Part shown: positions 11,399 through 23,092 of the stretch, piece after piece
How positions within the stretch are numbered: position 1 is the stretch's first letter
Layout: each line of letters starts with the position of its first letter
Translations under genes and position numbers: made by a program
NCBI GenBank assembly: GCA_003427395.1
Contig: BFEA01000002.1
Location: 3,012,899 to 3,060,683 of the forward strand
Length of the DNA: 47,785 nucleotides
Direction: 5' to 3'
Source of the DNA: Chara braunii
Taxonomy: Eukaryota > Plantae > Charophyceae
Notes under the pieces: model-generated
The model's database searches: none
What the model was told of the DNA's origin: nothing
The model's input: only the letters and a program-made list of their open reading frames with translations

Positions 11399-11989
11399 CT
11401 ACGGAAAAAGGGAAAAATAAAAAAAAGGGAGGCCAGACGACAAAAGAAAGGGAGGCCAGACGACAAAAGAATGCGACGGGAAAAGGGGGGAACACGACAT
11501 AAGATTACAACGAAAAAAGAAAGAAAAAGAAAAAGGGAACCAACCGACGACGGAAAAAGGGAAAAGAAAAAAAAAGAAAAAAAGGACGCGCGCTTATCGA
11601 CGGCGGGCGCTTCGAGATATTCCCTCGCATCGATGCCCGCCGCCGCTCCGCCCCTTGGGCACGCTCTCTCGTTTTCTGGCGCGCTGTGAACATTTCGGTA
11701 CCCGCGCCACTCTGCCCGCCCCCCCGCCCTCGATCGCCTCCATCCGCCGGCCCGCAGCAAAACTTCACCCCCAAGTCCGGCGCGGAGCGGACCATCGACC
11801 TCCCCCCGCGGCCAATGCTGCTTAAGGGGTAGGATATATATATATATGTATATATATATTCATATCTTCGTCTTCTTTATGGTGTTCATGGTCTTTTTTT
11901 CCTTTTTTTTTCATGGTCACTCCGCGAATACTCGTCTATTGGTACTGCTTTTTCACCTGACCGCCGACCCCGCTGGCTGGACCTGGACA

Positions 11990-12470
11990 ACCCAAGCTGG
12001 TCGTGGTAGGAACTGGTGCCAACAGCTGCATTCGCTGACATTGAAATCGACATACTGAATGTTGTGTCCGAGAGTGAACCTAAAGGACACTGTTGAGTCA
12101 CGATGGATGAGACACCTCAATGTAGGGAAGGACGTCATGTGGTACATCAAATGGTTCAAAACCACAGAAGCTGAGATCTCCCCCTGGTCCGCCTTCTGTG
12201 CCCCTTTTCGTACCACCTCTGCTATCCAACCTCCTTTTCCCCTCCCACCATCAACTCTCAAGATTCAGTCGTGTCCAGTGCCCAGCAGCCAAAGCCAGGT
12301 GATGGGCCCGGTCTCCTTGTAATCGTGTTTTGATGTATGAGGGACACTGGACCCGATTTCCAGCAGGTGAGCTTCCCAACAATAGATGGAGCAACCAGGA
12401 CTGAATTTACTAGGGGGGATGCTCGTATCACCCCCCCTAGTAGACCGAAGCTAATTAAAAAAAATAATAA
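11990..12470 (+). mobile_element. 5'-truncated LINE 3' end with structured tail and A-rich end
   Basis: Conserved motif at 12341-12440 followed by an A-rich tail; the left boundary is approximate. Confidence 0.7.
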
Positions 12471-12499
12471 TAAAGGAAGAAGAAGACGACGAAGAAGAA

Positions 12500-13170
12500 G
12501 AGGATAAGACGCTGCACTAACGATATAGAGGGAGTCGGGCTAGAACGGGCAGAAGCCGCAGAACTAACGGAATAATAGTACAGCAACAAATACAAAAAGT
12601 GGACAAAGTTCAGCTAACCATGCGTTGCGCATGGTTGAAAGAGAACCTGGACATACTTCACGAACAGAAAGACATTCAGCAACAAATCCAAAATTTGTAG
12701 AAGAATGGAATGGTTAGGGGGGGAACAGGGAGGCTGGATTGCGGAGACCAAATGGGAAGGTGGTCCGGGGGAAGGATCAGAGACCATTTCAAGCGAGAGA
12801 CTGTGAGCTCATCTTCCATGACTGGACGACAGTGGACGCATCACTACCTCTACGGAGTCTACGCCCACCAACTGACCACTTAATTGGAGACTTAGGACTT
12901 TCCGGACCTCTTCCCGCCACATCAGCTGTCAATGGTTGACCTTCAATGGTAGAGAGCTGATTCGAACACCCCGGCCACTGCAGGGCAATTAAGGGGGCCC
13001 ATACAGACACTCTCTTTCTGATATATATCAATGATGAATCTGGGAAGCTGGACCCGGTTTCCGGCAGGTGCAGCTCCCCACCCGTAGAAGGCAGCACCCG
13101 CTGAGCCTACTAGGGGAAGCACTCATACCACTTCCCCTGACGTCTGGATTACACACACAAAGAAAAAGAT
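12500..13170 (+). mobile_element. 5'-truncated LINE (ORF2 C-terminus + 3' UTR)
   Basis: RDCELIFHDWTTVDASLPLRS matches ORF2 ERDYxLVFHDWTNV; the structured motif lies at 13042-13140. Confidence 0.8.
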
Positions 13171-13243
13171 CAAACATGCATGCAAATGTCCATCCGAAAG
13201 TAGAGAGGGACGAAGTAAGGAAAAGTAAGATACATACATACAT

Positions 13244-13274
<31 letters not shown>

Positions 13275-13400
13275 NAGAGAGAGANAGAGAGAGANAGAGA
13301 NAGAGANANAGAGAGAGAGAGAGAGAGAGAGNNAGAGAGANAGAGAGANAGANAGANAGANAGAGACAGAGACAGAGACAGAAGCACAGAGAGACAGAGA
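13244..13400 (+). repeat. (GA)n microsatellite
   Basis: Direct inspection. Confidence 0.95.
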
Positions 13401-14610
13401 GAAATGAGGATGAGATATTGGAAGAGGAGGAAAACGTGCAACAGTTACAATGGAAACCACTTTCTGAAAGAGTACAATACAACGCACTACCAATATCTCA
13501 TCCTCATTTCTGCATAGAGAAATTACTTTCAATGCTGGTATCCTTCATCTGTCGGTGCCCTAACTAGCCCATCACTTACCATTGTACTGTAATAGCTGTG
13601 CATGTGCTTCCGTGAGGCCCTGTTTTGTGAGATGAATCCCTTTCAAAAAAAGAAAAAAATTGAAAAAAATTGCTTGCGCAGATACTCGGTAGCAGCTTGC
13701 ACTCTTATCCGTATCAGCTTGATAAGCTCTATACTAGCCCCTCTGCAGCTTCTGCCTCCTCTTCCAGCTTTGCATCCTGGGCCCCTGGCACATCGGTTGC
13801 TTGCTAGCTGACTGCGAAGGCACTCCCTGGCAAGGTTGCATGCAACCTGGTCCGGATTTTTCGAAGCTGCACGCAAAACACATCATGGTGAGCGTATGAA
13901 AGGTAGAGACCATCGATTCCATCTGGTCATTCCAATTCTGCCTGTCACCTGTTGACTCAGTCTAGTGGATATGCAACGGGAAACCGGTTTACCATGTTTG
14001 CATCCAGAAAACACCATTCTCACCACCTCCAATCTTAACACTGCCGCTGGGCACGTTCCCGTCTGGACTATTTCACCCTACTTCGTTCCCGTCTGGACTG
14101 CTGACCAAAGATTTACCTGAAACAGTTATGGTATTTCACCCTAGTTAACTGACTAGTTATGTTATTTGGATTGATTGTTATAGGTCAGATACACATAACA
14201 CGTTCCCGTCTGGATCAGCTTTCCCTTTGCCCAAAGGTTGCCCAACCAACTTGACCTGAAACCCTCTTTTTTTTTTCTTTTTTTTCTTAAGAAAACAACA
14301 CTATTATTCGAATTGACTTGAAACCTAACGGGGTCAGGCAGGTTCTTCGAATCTTCGGCACTGGCACACTGGAGAGAGGTTTCCCTTGCTGTCACAAATC
14401 GGATCTATAGATCAAGCCAGTCGTCAGCAAACAAGAGGAGGATTTGCCGTGGAAGGCTCAACATGCTTTTGTTCACATGATGGCCCACTATGTGGACTCT
14501 TTAATGTTTTTTGTGGTGTCTTATTCTGTTCCATTGCTGATTGACATCTTTTCTGCACCACATGATGGCACACGTTTTTCACTTTTTTATTCATGTGGTT
14601 GTCTTCTATC

Positions 14611-14612
<2 letters not shown>

Positions 14613-14694
<82 letters not shown>
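14613..14694 (+). repeat. (CT)n microsatellite
   Basis: Direct inspection. Confidence 0.95.
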
Positions 14695-14695
<1 letters not shown>

Positions 14696-15732
14696 GGTTC
14701 CAAGGTTCCTACGACTCCTTCCCCTTTGATTCTGTGGCATACAATTGCCATATGAATGCAAGCTTCTGCAGCTGCAAGAACAAACAGTGCTGGGGCAATT
14801 GTTGTGGTCTGAAATTCCCAGTGAAACACAAATAAAATATGTGGCGCATCACTGTTCTTTTCAAGCCAAACTGGTGGATCACCTACTAAGGTGACATTCA
14901 GAGTTGTCTCTCCACCTGGCATCCACCCACCCACCCACCCACCCACTCACCATCATGATGGGGCATTATCCTTACAGAAAGTTATGTTCTGTTGACAGCT
15001 GGGACAACCCTTGTAGTCCAAAATGGCACACTTTTTTCTTTTTCTGCTCTGTAACTTTTGTTGTATACGTTTCGCTTGCTTTCACACATAACTTCATGCT
15101 TTTCTGCCTTTTTTTGCCAGATGATACAAGATCCACAGGATAAAGTATGTTGTTATTATTACGTAACAAAAGTGCACCATTTACGTTATGGGTCAGCTCT
15201 CCAGGACCTGCCCTGTGGCTGAGTGCTATACACATTTAAATGTTGATGGAGGATTTCAGAGCCTGATGGATATAATCATTATAATGATGTCAGGGGGGCA
15301 TCCGCGCTTGTAAAAGGAGAAAAAGAGAAAGCGAAAAAGAAAAGTTAGGGCATACTCCCCGTACAAACTTTTTTATATCATGACTGAGCTCTGGACGCAA
15401 TTGTTGTCAGATGCATTCCAGTCTGGCCATCAATGCCCATCATTGCCAGCAAATACATTTAGGAAAGTGCAATTGTTGTCAGATGCATTCGAGTACGGCC
15501 ATCATTGCCAGCAAATACATTTAGGAAAGTGCGAGTGTGAGTATGCCCTTAGTAGTCCACGCCTGACTCGTAAACACAAATATTGTATCCGCTCCGTAGA
15601 GAGAAGGATGTAATTGTTTCGGCTTATCGCATCCAGACCAAGTTCCCACTCACTGGAATTCTCTATTTCCGACCATCGATCTGTGTGATCCGGAATGCAG
15701 AATCTGTGCTTGCCATTAGTCCTAACGACTTA

Positions 15733-16049
15733 GGGGCTGATCCGACTTCTCTTCTTTTTGGGGAGCCCGCCCCCTCAGGAATGGAAAAGCTATTTCGGAT
15801 CCCACTTGGCCGACAACGCCGAGACTTCTACGATTTTGGCAGCGGGCCAGGGGAAAGGAAAGTGCTGTCACACAGAGGAAAGGACCCCGTAGCCCAGTGG
15901 ACATGGAAAAAAAAAAAAAAAAAAAGTCGGCCTTCTTTTTAGGAGCAGGGACGGCCATCGGCTTCTTTTGTTTTTAGGTAGAACTACTGCGGTGTGAGTC
16001 GCGGAAAATGCCACTTCTCCCCAAAAGGAAGAGTAGTCGGATCAGCCTC
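15733..16049. mobile_element. PIF/Harbinger (Tourist-like) MITE
   Basis: TIRs of ~33 bp, ggggctgatccgacttctcttctttttggggag / ctccccaaaaggaagagtagtcggatcagcctc; TTA on both sides (15730-15732, 16050-16052). Confidence 0.85.
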
Positions 16050-16052
16050 TTA

Positions 16053-16484
16053 GGCAGGGACCCCACTGGCTGGCGGTAGTTGGCGGGCAGGAAAGCATCC
16101 GCCAGCACAAATCATAGCCGATGGGAATGGGCAAGCAAAATGGGACTCCACTGCCACAGCAATTTTCGGCACTTCCCGAGGTTTCCGTTACCTAAGGAAG
16201 ACTTGCCTTATCGGGCAAGTTTGCCAGCCCTTTTTCAGCACACCAACCAATCCCCGTGCCTCCTTTCAGCACGGGATGGCTGGTTGCTGGCGGACTCTAG
16301 ACGTTGGCCAGCGTACCAGCCATCCTGTGCCGAAAGGAGGCATGGGGATTGGTTGGTCTGCTATAAAAGCAGAGGTAGGCAGAGTGGAAACAAAAGTGCT
16401 TGCATTCGCCGCCAGCAGTGGGGTCTCAAAACATTTCTTCCAACGGCTGGCGGCCAGCGACCGCCAGCCAGTAAGGTCCGAGCC
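16053..16484. mobile_element. Second PIF/Harbinger-type MITE with a long internal hairpin
   Basis: TIRs ggcagggaccccactggctggcggt / accgccagccagtaaggtccgagcc; TTA at 16050-16052 and 16485-16487; internal ~50-bp stem at ~16242-16357. Confidence 0.8.
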
Positions 16485-16485
16485 T

Positions 16486-16558
16486 TAGTTCCAGCATTGC
16501 CTCTAGTTCCAGCATTGCCTCTAGTTCCAGCATTGCCTCTAGTTCCAGCATTGCCTCT
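16486..16558 (+). repeat. 18-bp tandem repeat x4 (tagttccagcattgcctc)
   Basis: Direct inspection. Confidence 0.9.
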
Positions 16559-16949
16559 GAGAGGACTCAACACCTGCAAGTCATCCCACAGATCATGCAC
16601 CTGTCAGTCTGCATGTCCAGGTGCATTCTGGGTAACTGTGGACATATATTCCCCTTCCTGGCAATGTAATTTCAACCCTGATTACTCAGATTTACTTCTA
16701 AAGGATTTCTAACTACTTCCATGACCACATGCCAGTTCACGCAAAGAAGGGGTTAGGGGGGAGACTAGGAAAGATGTGGTTTTGGACAGTTCTGAAAAAT
16801 ACGGCGCAGTCTCCCTCTACCAAACAAAGCGATGCCTTTAAGATATGAAGAAATCTTACGATAACCCATTTTTGGCAACCGTTGGATTACGAACGCAAAT
16901 GGGAGGGTGTACATCAGTTCTGATTCCCCTTGGTCCACTTGGGTTAAAA

Positions 16950-18660
16950 ATGGAATAGTAAGAGTTAAAGATCTCTGGGACTCGGGGGAAAAGAATTGGA
17001 AAACGGTGGAAAAGTTGAAAAAGGAAATGAAGTATGCACAAGATTAGATCTCATCATTACTTCTTTTCCACTGGTCTGTTTAGGTTTGTTAAAAAAGTGG
17101 CCAGTTTTTTCAGAAGGAGATTGGGTATGTGGGAATAAACCTGATGGAACCAAGGTGGTAGGACAAGTGATTGATATTCAGCAGGTAATGCATAAGGACC
17201 ACTCTTTATCACAGCAGAACCAGGACAATGTAAATTTATTTCCTATAAATAACTTATATAGGATCAGAGTGGTCTTCTGTTCGTTCTCGAAGGGCTGCAA
17301 GTGTTCCACCCGGAACTTCCAATTCAGGAGCTACCATTAGACCCAGTCGAATGGCTAGGGAAAGCATCAAAAAGGAGTAAGCCAAAAAAGATACAGGCAC
17401 TATCTATCGAGGCATCCTACCGTCTGCTAAGACCCAAAGTGGATGTTCTAGCCATGATACAAGAACGGTGGGCCAAACATTTAAACGTTCGCCTACATAC
17501 ACTTAAAGTAATACCATGGTGTAAAGGGTACAGGGAGAGACCGGCCAAATTTGCATCACCACAATGGCAGATCTCCCATAGATGTCTTCCTACAAATGAT
17601 TGGTTGATAGATCATTCGTCTTTGGAGCAGCGTGGTTTAGCCCTCCCATGGTGTCAGATATGTGTTGTTGCCTTCCCACGTAGGAAAATCAGAGAAACTA
17701 TAGAGCACATTTTTTTGCAATGTCCAGGAGCCAAGCTTCTATAGAGAAGGTGGGACCATATCTGGAACAGATTCACGGGGTTAGACTGGCCGTGGTGTTG
17801 GAAAGTGATTCTGTTGGGATATTGGAACCCAATTTTAACAGAGCTGTCAGAATTCCAGCAGAATTTTTTCAATATAGGAAGGAAAGCAATATTGTGGGCT
17901 CTATGGCATAAACGTTGTGTATATGTATGAGAGAAAGTTAAAACAGAGGGAGAAGAATTTGCAGAAATCATCAGTCAAGTTATACAAACAGAAATTCGGG
18001 CTCATTGGGCTAATTTTAAGAAACGTCTGACAACTTTGAATCAGAAAATGGAAATTACAAAACAACTGTTGAAATTCACAACAGACTGGTTGGGGGACTC
18101 CTCAGGGGAGAGACTGCGGGATGTAGTTTGGCCAGGGGAAGGGGGGGATGAAGTCTCTCTTAGGAGAGACTATCATATTACCTTCCGGGACTGATTCAAA
18201 ATACAACCAGGAGCTTCACTGAGATCACCAGAATCTTTTCCTGACCTTTTTCCCTTCTCTGAGTTAGCATTGGTTGATTTGGATTGGTATGGTCAAGGGG
18301 AAGGGTGTCTGAGTATGGACTGAAATCAAGGAAAATTTGCTGCTAGGATGGAAAAGCTTATCGCGCGGACTTAGGATAGTCTGAAGAGGCAGCTGTTTTA
18401 TTCTGTTAAAAAGGCATAGCTGCTCAGCTAACGCCCCACTCTCACTGGGGCAGTCGATGCTGGCAGCCATACACCATCTTACCATCTGCAACTTATAACC
18501 AAGTGGGATGCTGGACCCGTTTTCCAGCAGGTGAGGCTCCACACCAATAGATTGGAGCAACCGGGCCGCGCACTAGGGGAGGTTGCTCGTATCACCTTGC
18601 CTAGTGACGCTGGACTGGCTTTGCTTAAAAAAAAAAACAAAAAAAAAAACCAAAAAAACT
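16950..18660 (+). mobile_element. 5'-truncated LINE of the same clade (ORF2 3' third, 3' UTR, poly-A)
   Basis: EGDWV, ELPLDPVEW, QWQISHRCLPTNDWLIDH and WCQIC...ETIEHIFLQC all match ORF2 at 1001-2359. Motif at 18505-18605; A-tail from ~18627. Confidence 0.9.
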
Positions 18661-19202
18661 ACATTTTTTCTTGAACAAAAAAAAAAAACAAAAAAACTAC
18701 ATTTTTTCTTGTAAATGATGTTGAGTGATGACAATTATGTCCTTTTTCTTTTGTGGGTAATGAATATTGTATCCATTCATAAAGAAGAGTAACAAACTCT
18801 TTGCTTTTCTGATTGCACTTTCTGCCTTAGGTACATGCTTTCCCGAAGAAATCGGGGCCTCCACAGCAAATGAGGCGAATTCTTATTTGCAGAGTGGCCA
18901 GCGGTGGAATGCGGAGTTTTGAAAAGGAAAGCCGCTCCTAAAAGAACGTTCCCTAGACTTGCCCATGTAAACACCCCACTCTTTTGCCAAGTATTTCTTT
19001 AGCAGGAGTGAAGCCCAGGTCTGCCCTCCGATGTAGCAGTTGGCCAAACTCGGCCATACGATTTGGCAGCTCCACTGATAGAACAGAACACTTGTTGGGA
19101 AGAGTGGCGAAAGTGGTGGCAGGTGGAGCCTCAAAAGTCTTTACCAATTTGAAGTAATTCAGTGGAGCATGAACGATAGTTTCACAGAACTGTTAGAAAA
19201 AA

Positions 19203-19395
19203 GGGAAAACTAGGCGGGAGTCACAAAAACAGTTTGATAATACACTTCGGGCCAAAACAAGTTTTCAAATTGCACTTCGGGCAATGTATACAAGCCAGCT
19301 TCCGGTCAGGTACGGTGCCCAAAGTGCAATTTGAAACTCGTTTCGGCCCGAACTGTAATTTCAAACTGTTTTTGTGACTCCCGCATAGTTACCTC
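19203..19395. mobile_element. Palindromic MITE, Mutator-like
   Basis: Arms of ~80 bp (gggaaaactaggcgggagtcacaaaaacagtttga / tcaaactgtttttgtgactcccgcatagttacctc); similar ~9-bp flanks tagaaaaaa / tagagaaaa. Confidence 0.8.
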
Positions 19396-19591
19396 TAGAG
19401 AAAAAATAGGGGGCAAGTACATCGGAGTCACACCCGACATTCAGAATAGGCAACTTCAGCAGTTCCCGAAATGGAGCAAAAAAGTCGCCCCTAAACCTGC
19501 CAAGCGCCACGGCGGGTATAATGACTGGCGCAGTTTTAGACCCCCGCTAAACTTGCACATTTTGAAACTCACACCATGACACCGACTCCAC

Positions 19592-19593
<2 letters not shown>

Positions 19594-19653
<60 letters not shown>

Positions 19654-19779
19654 AAACCTCAGTGGAGGGGGTTGCCAATTGCAGGGGTGATACAAGCAGC
19701 ACCTGCAAGTGGTCCCCGGTTGGAGGGCTCCATCTATTAGTGGGGAGCTGCACTCTCTGGAAATTGGGTCCGGCGTCCC
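19594..19779 (-). mobile_element. Short LINE-tail copy ending in (CA)n
   Basis: Structured motif at ~19678-19779 followed, on the sense strand, by (AC)n (19594-19650). Confidence 0.7.
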
Positions 19780-20319
19780 AGTAATATACAATGTTGTAAA
19801 GCAATTGCATGTGTCCAGATTGTATCTAATGTTGATTGTGGGGGAGAACCCCTTATTGGAACGTATCATCCTACTTTAGTATGTAGGGATGTGGGCCCCT
19901 CCGGCTGTTGCGCGGTTGTCCTTGTTATAGTTGTTGTTGTTGTTGTTGCTGTTGATTATCCTGCTCCTTTCTATCCCTACCTTGGCCTGTTTCCCTTTCT
20001 CCGATCTCAGCCTCTTTACGCATGTAAACCATGTAGAGGTGTTCTGAGTCCTTGTGGAGGCCTTCTGGCCGGCATGTGGGTTGAGAGGGGAGAGGGGAGA
20101 GATTCTGAAGGGGCCAGCGTGGGTAGGGAAATGTAGCATGGGGTTGGGTGGGGAAATGTAGCACGGGGTTGTCAGTCTCCACTTTGTCTTTTCTTGCCTT
20201 TTTTTTCTTTTTTTTCTTTTAAAAGGCTAATTCTTTAAGCCCAACCAATTCAATTACCTGTCAAATCTGGACAGGACGGCCTTTCAGGCCTTTTTTATTG
20301 TCATTATAGTATTACGGGG

Positions 20320-20643
20320 AACCCCGTAGCAGCCACATCCAGCCACATCCGTGCTCAAGCCTCCATCGAGGGAACATGCGGGAGCTGCACCCACCAGCAG
20401 GTGCGATACCTGCTACAGCAGGTGGGAGATACCGGCCAGGGGTCAGCCGGTACCATCAGGACCGAGCTTCTTCGATGGGCCAGTCACCGTGCGTCCCCTC
20501 CGGTCCCCTACCCCTATGAACATCAGCAGTCTCTGCTCAATGCCACTCGGGGGGACCATGGTGGGCGCCAAGCTTGCCCAGGAAGGTACCTGAGGCAAGA
20601 CCTCCTGAATGCCACTTGCGTGCCTTGCCAACTGAGCTAGGCC
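20320..20643 (-). mobile_element. tRNA-headed SINE-like element
   Basis: The minus strand starts ggccTAGCTCAGTTGG (Pol III A box). The head is shared with the copy ending at 25121 and the body with 40510-40680. Confidence 0.65.
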
Positions 20644-20862
20644 GCTGGATACTTTTCTTGCCTTTTTCAAAATAAAGGTGTGTCTCAGCCACACTTTCCC
20701 CGAAAAAGAATAAAATAAAATGTAATCTGATTGCTCTCTCTCTGAGATAGTTCCATGTGCTTCCACATTCCATGTTCTCCTCCTCCTTCCACATTCCAAG
20801 GGACAGATAAGGACTCTTTCTCCAATCTGTTGGTGGGGAGCAACACGTTTATAAACTATAAA

Positions 20863-21139
20863 TTTATAATGAAAAAACTGCACCTGTGACCGCTGCACAG
20901 TTCAGAATTCGCAGAAATAACAGTCCACTGCAAGATTGGGCCGTCAGCAGTTTGAAACAGCAAGAAAAACAGTGAACTGCGCGTTAGACGGCCTATAGGT
21001 TCTATAATCGGCAAAAACGGGAGGTGGCCTGGCCTAGCAGGCCCTCCCGTTTTTTTGTTTTTTGTTTTTTCGTTTTTGGCTTCTGGCAGGAATGGGTTCG
21101 GGCAGGAAAAGCCGCCTGCCGCGCCCTGTTAACACCCAC

Positions 21140-21218
<79 letters not shown>

Positions 21219-21553
21219 TCGGCCCACCAAAGTGTGAATGTATCTGACGCAGACAAATGTATCTGGTCCATTGCTAGGCCAGGTCCATCGCTAGGCCAGG
21301 CCACCTCCCGTTTTTGCCTACTATAGAACCTATAGGCCGTCTAACGCGCAGTTCACTGTTTTTCGTTTTTGGCTCCTGGCAGGAATGGGTTCGGGCAGGA
21401 AAAGCTGCCTGCCGCGCCCTGTTAACGCCCACCCCACTCTCTCTCTCTATCTCTCTGTGCTGCTCGACGCAGACAAATGTATCTGGTCCTTTGTCTGCGT
21501 CAGATACATTCGCACCTTTTTTTTTGGACATGCTAATCTTCTCTGTATCTTTC

Positions 21554-21603
<50 letters not shown>

Positions 21604-22228
21604 NNNNNNNNNNNNNNNNNNNNNNNNNNNNNNNNNNNNNNNNNNNNNNNNNNNNNNNNNNNNNNNNNNNNNNNNNNNNNNNNNNNNNNNNNNNNNNNNN
21701 NNNNNNNNNNNNNNNNNNNNNNNNNNNNNNNNNNNNNNNNNNNNNNNNNNNNNNNNNNNNNNNNNNNNNNNNNNNNNNNNNNNNNNNNNNNNNNNNNNNN
21801 NNNNNNNNNNNNNNNNNNNNNNNNNNNNNNNNNNNNNNNNNNNNNNNNNNNNNNNNNNNNNNNNNNNNNNNNNNNNNNNNNNNNNNNNNNNNNNNNNNNN
21901 NNNNNNNNNNNNNNNNNNNNNNNNNNNNNNNNNNNNNNNNNNNNNNNNNNNNNNNNNNNNNNNNNNNNNNNNNNNNNNNNNNNNNNNNNNNNNNNNNNNN
22001 NNNNNNNNNNNNNNNNNNNNNNNNNNNNNNNNNNNNNNNNNNNNNNNNNNNNNNNNNNNNNNNNNNNNNNNNNNNNNNNNNNNNNNNNNNNNNNNNNNNN
22101 NNNNNNNNNNNNNNNNNNNNNNNNNNNNNNNNNNNNNNNNNNNNNNNNNNNNNNNNNNNNNNNNNNNNNNNNNNNNNNNNNNNNNNNNNNNNNNNNNNNN
22201 NNNNNNNNNNNNNNNNNNNNNNNNNNNN

Positions 22229-22309
<81 letters not shown>

Positions 22310-22424
22310 AAAAAAAAGAAAAAAGTGGCAGTGTATATTTCCATTCTCGGCCAAGATTCATTCCCATTTTGCTCAGCCCATATAAAATGGAAATATACAC
22401 TGCCACCTTTTTTTTTTTTTCGTT

Positions 22425-22463
<39 letters not shown>

Positions 22464-22932
22464 CAGAGACAGACAGCTGGAGTAGGCGGGCCAGCGGGCA
22501 GCTGGAGTAGGCGGTCGAGCGGGCAGCAGAGAGAGCGCGATCTGGAGAGGGAGTGGGCGGGCAGTTGGAGTAGGCGGTCGAGCAGGCAGCAGAGAGAGCG
22601 CGAGCCGGAGAGGGAGTGGGAGGCCAAGAGAGAGAGAGAGAGAGAGAGAGAGTGGGGCGGGTGTTAACGGGCGGTCCGCGGCTTTTCCTGCCCAAACCCA
22701 TTCCCGCCAGAAGCCAAAAACGAAAAAAACAAAAACAAAAAAAACCGGGAGGGCCTGCTAGGCCAGGCCACCTCCCGGTTTTGCCGATTATTGAACCAAT
22801 AGGCGGGCTAACGCGCAGTTCACTGTTTTTTTTGCTGTTTCGAACTGCTCACGGCCCAATCTTGCCGTGGACTGTTATTTATGCGAATTCTGAACTGTGC
22901 AGCGGTGACAGGCTCAGTTGTCTCATTTATAA
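20863..22932. mobile_element. Foldback element with ~280-bp terminal inverted repeats spanning the gap
   Basis: 20883-21145 is the reverse complement of 22650-22912 (e.g. cgctgcacagttcagaattcgc / gcgaattctgaactgtgcagcg); internal rearranged copy at 21290-21440. Confidence 0.85.
21604..22228. other. Assembly gap (N run) flanked by (CT)n
   Basis: Run of N. Confidence 1.
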
Positions 22933-23092
22933 TCCATTTCTATATGTTTTTTCTCTCACCTCACATAGTTTTAACCCCGGCCTACAAGAATAGTTTTAAC
23001 CCCGGCCTACAAGAGGGGTCCGGTCACTGGACGACGTCCTCTTCCCACCATCAGGGTTAGTCGCCATAGACCACGCTCGTCGGTGAATAGCG

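Noticed and set aside
21314-22510. Long ORFs across 21300-22500
   Set aside because: They are made of N-gap and dinucleotide repeats.
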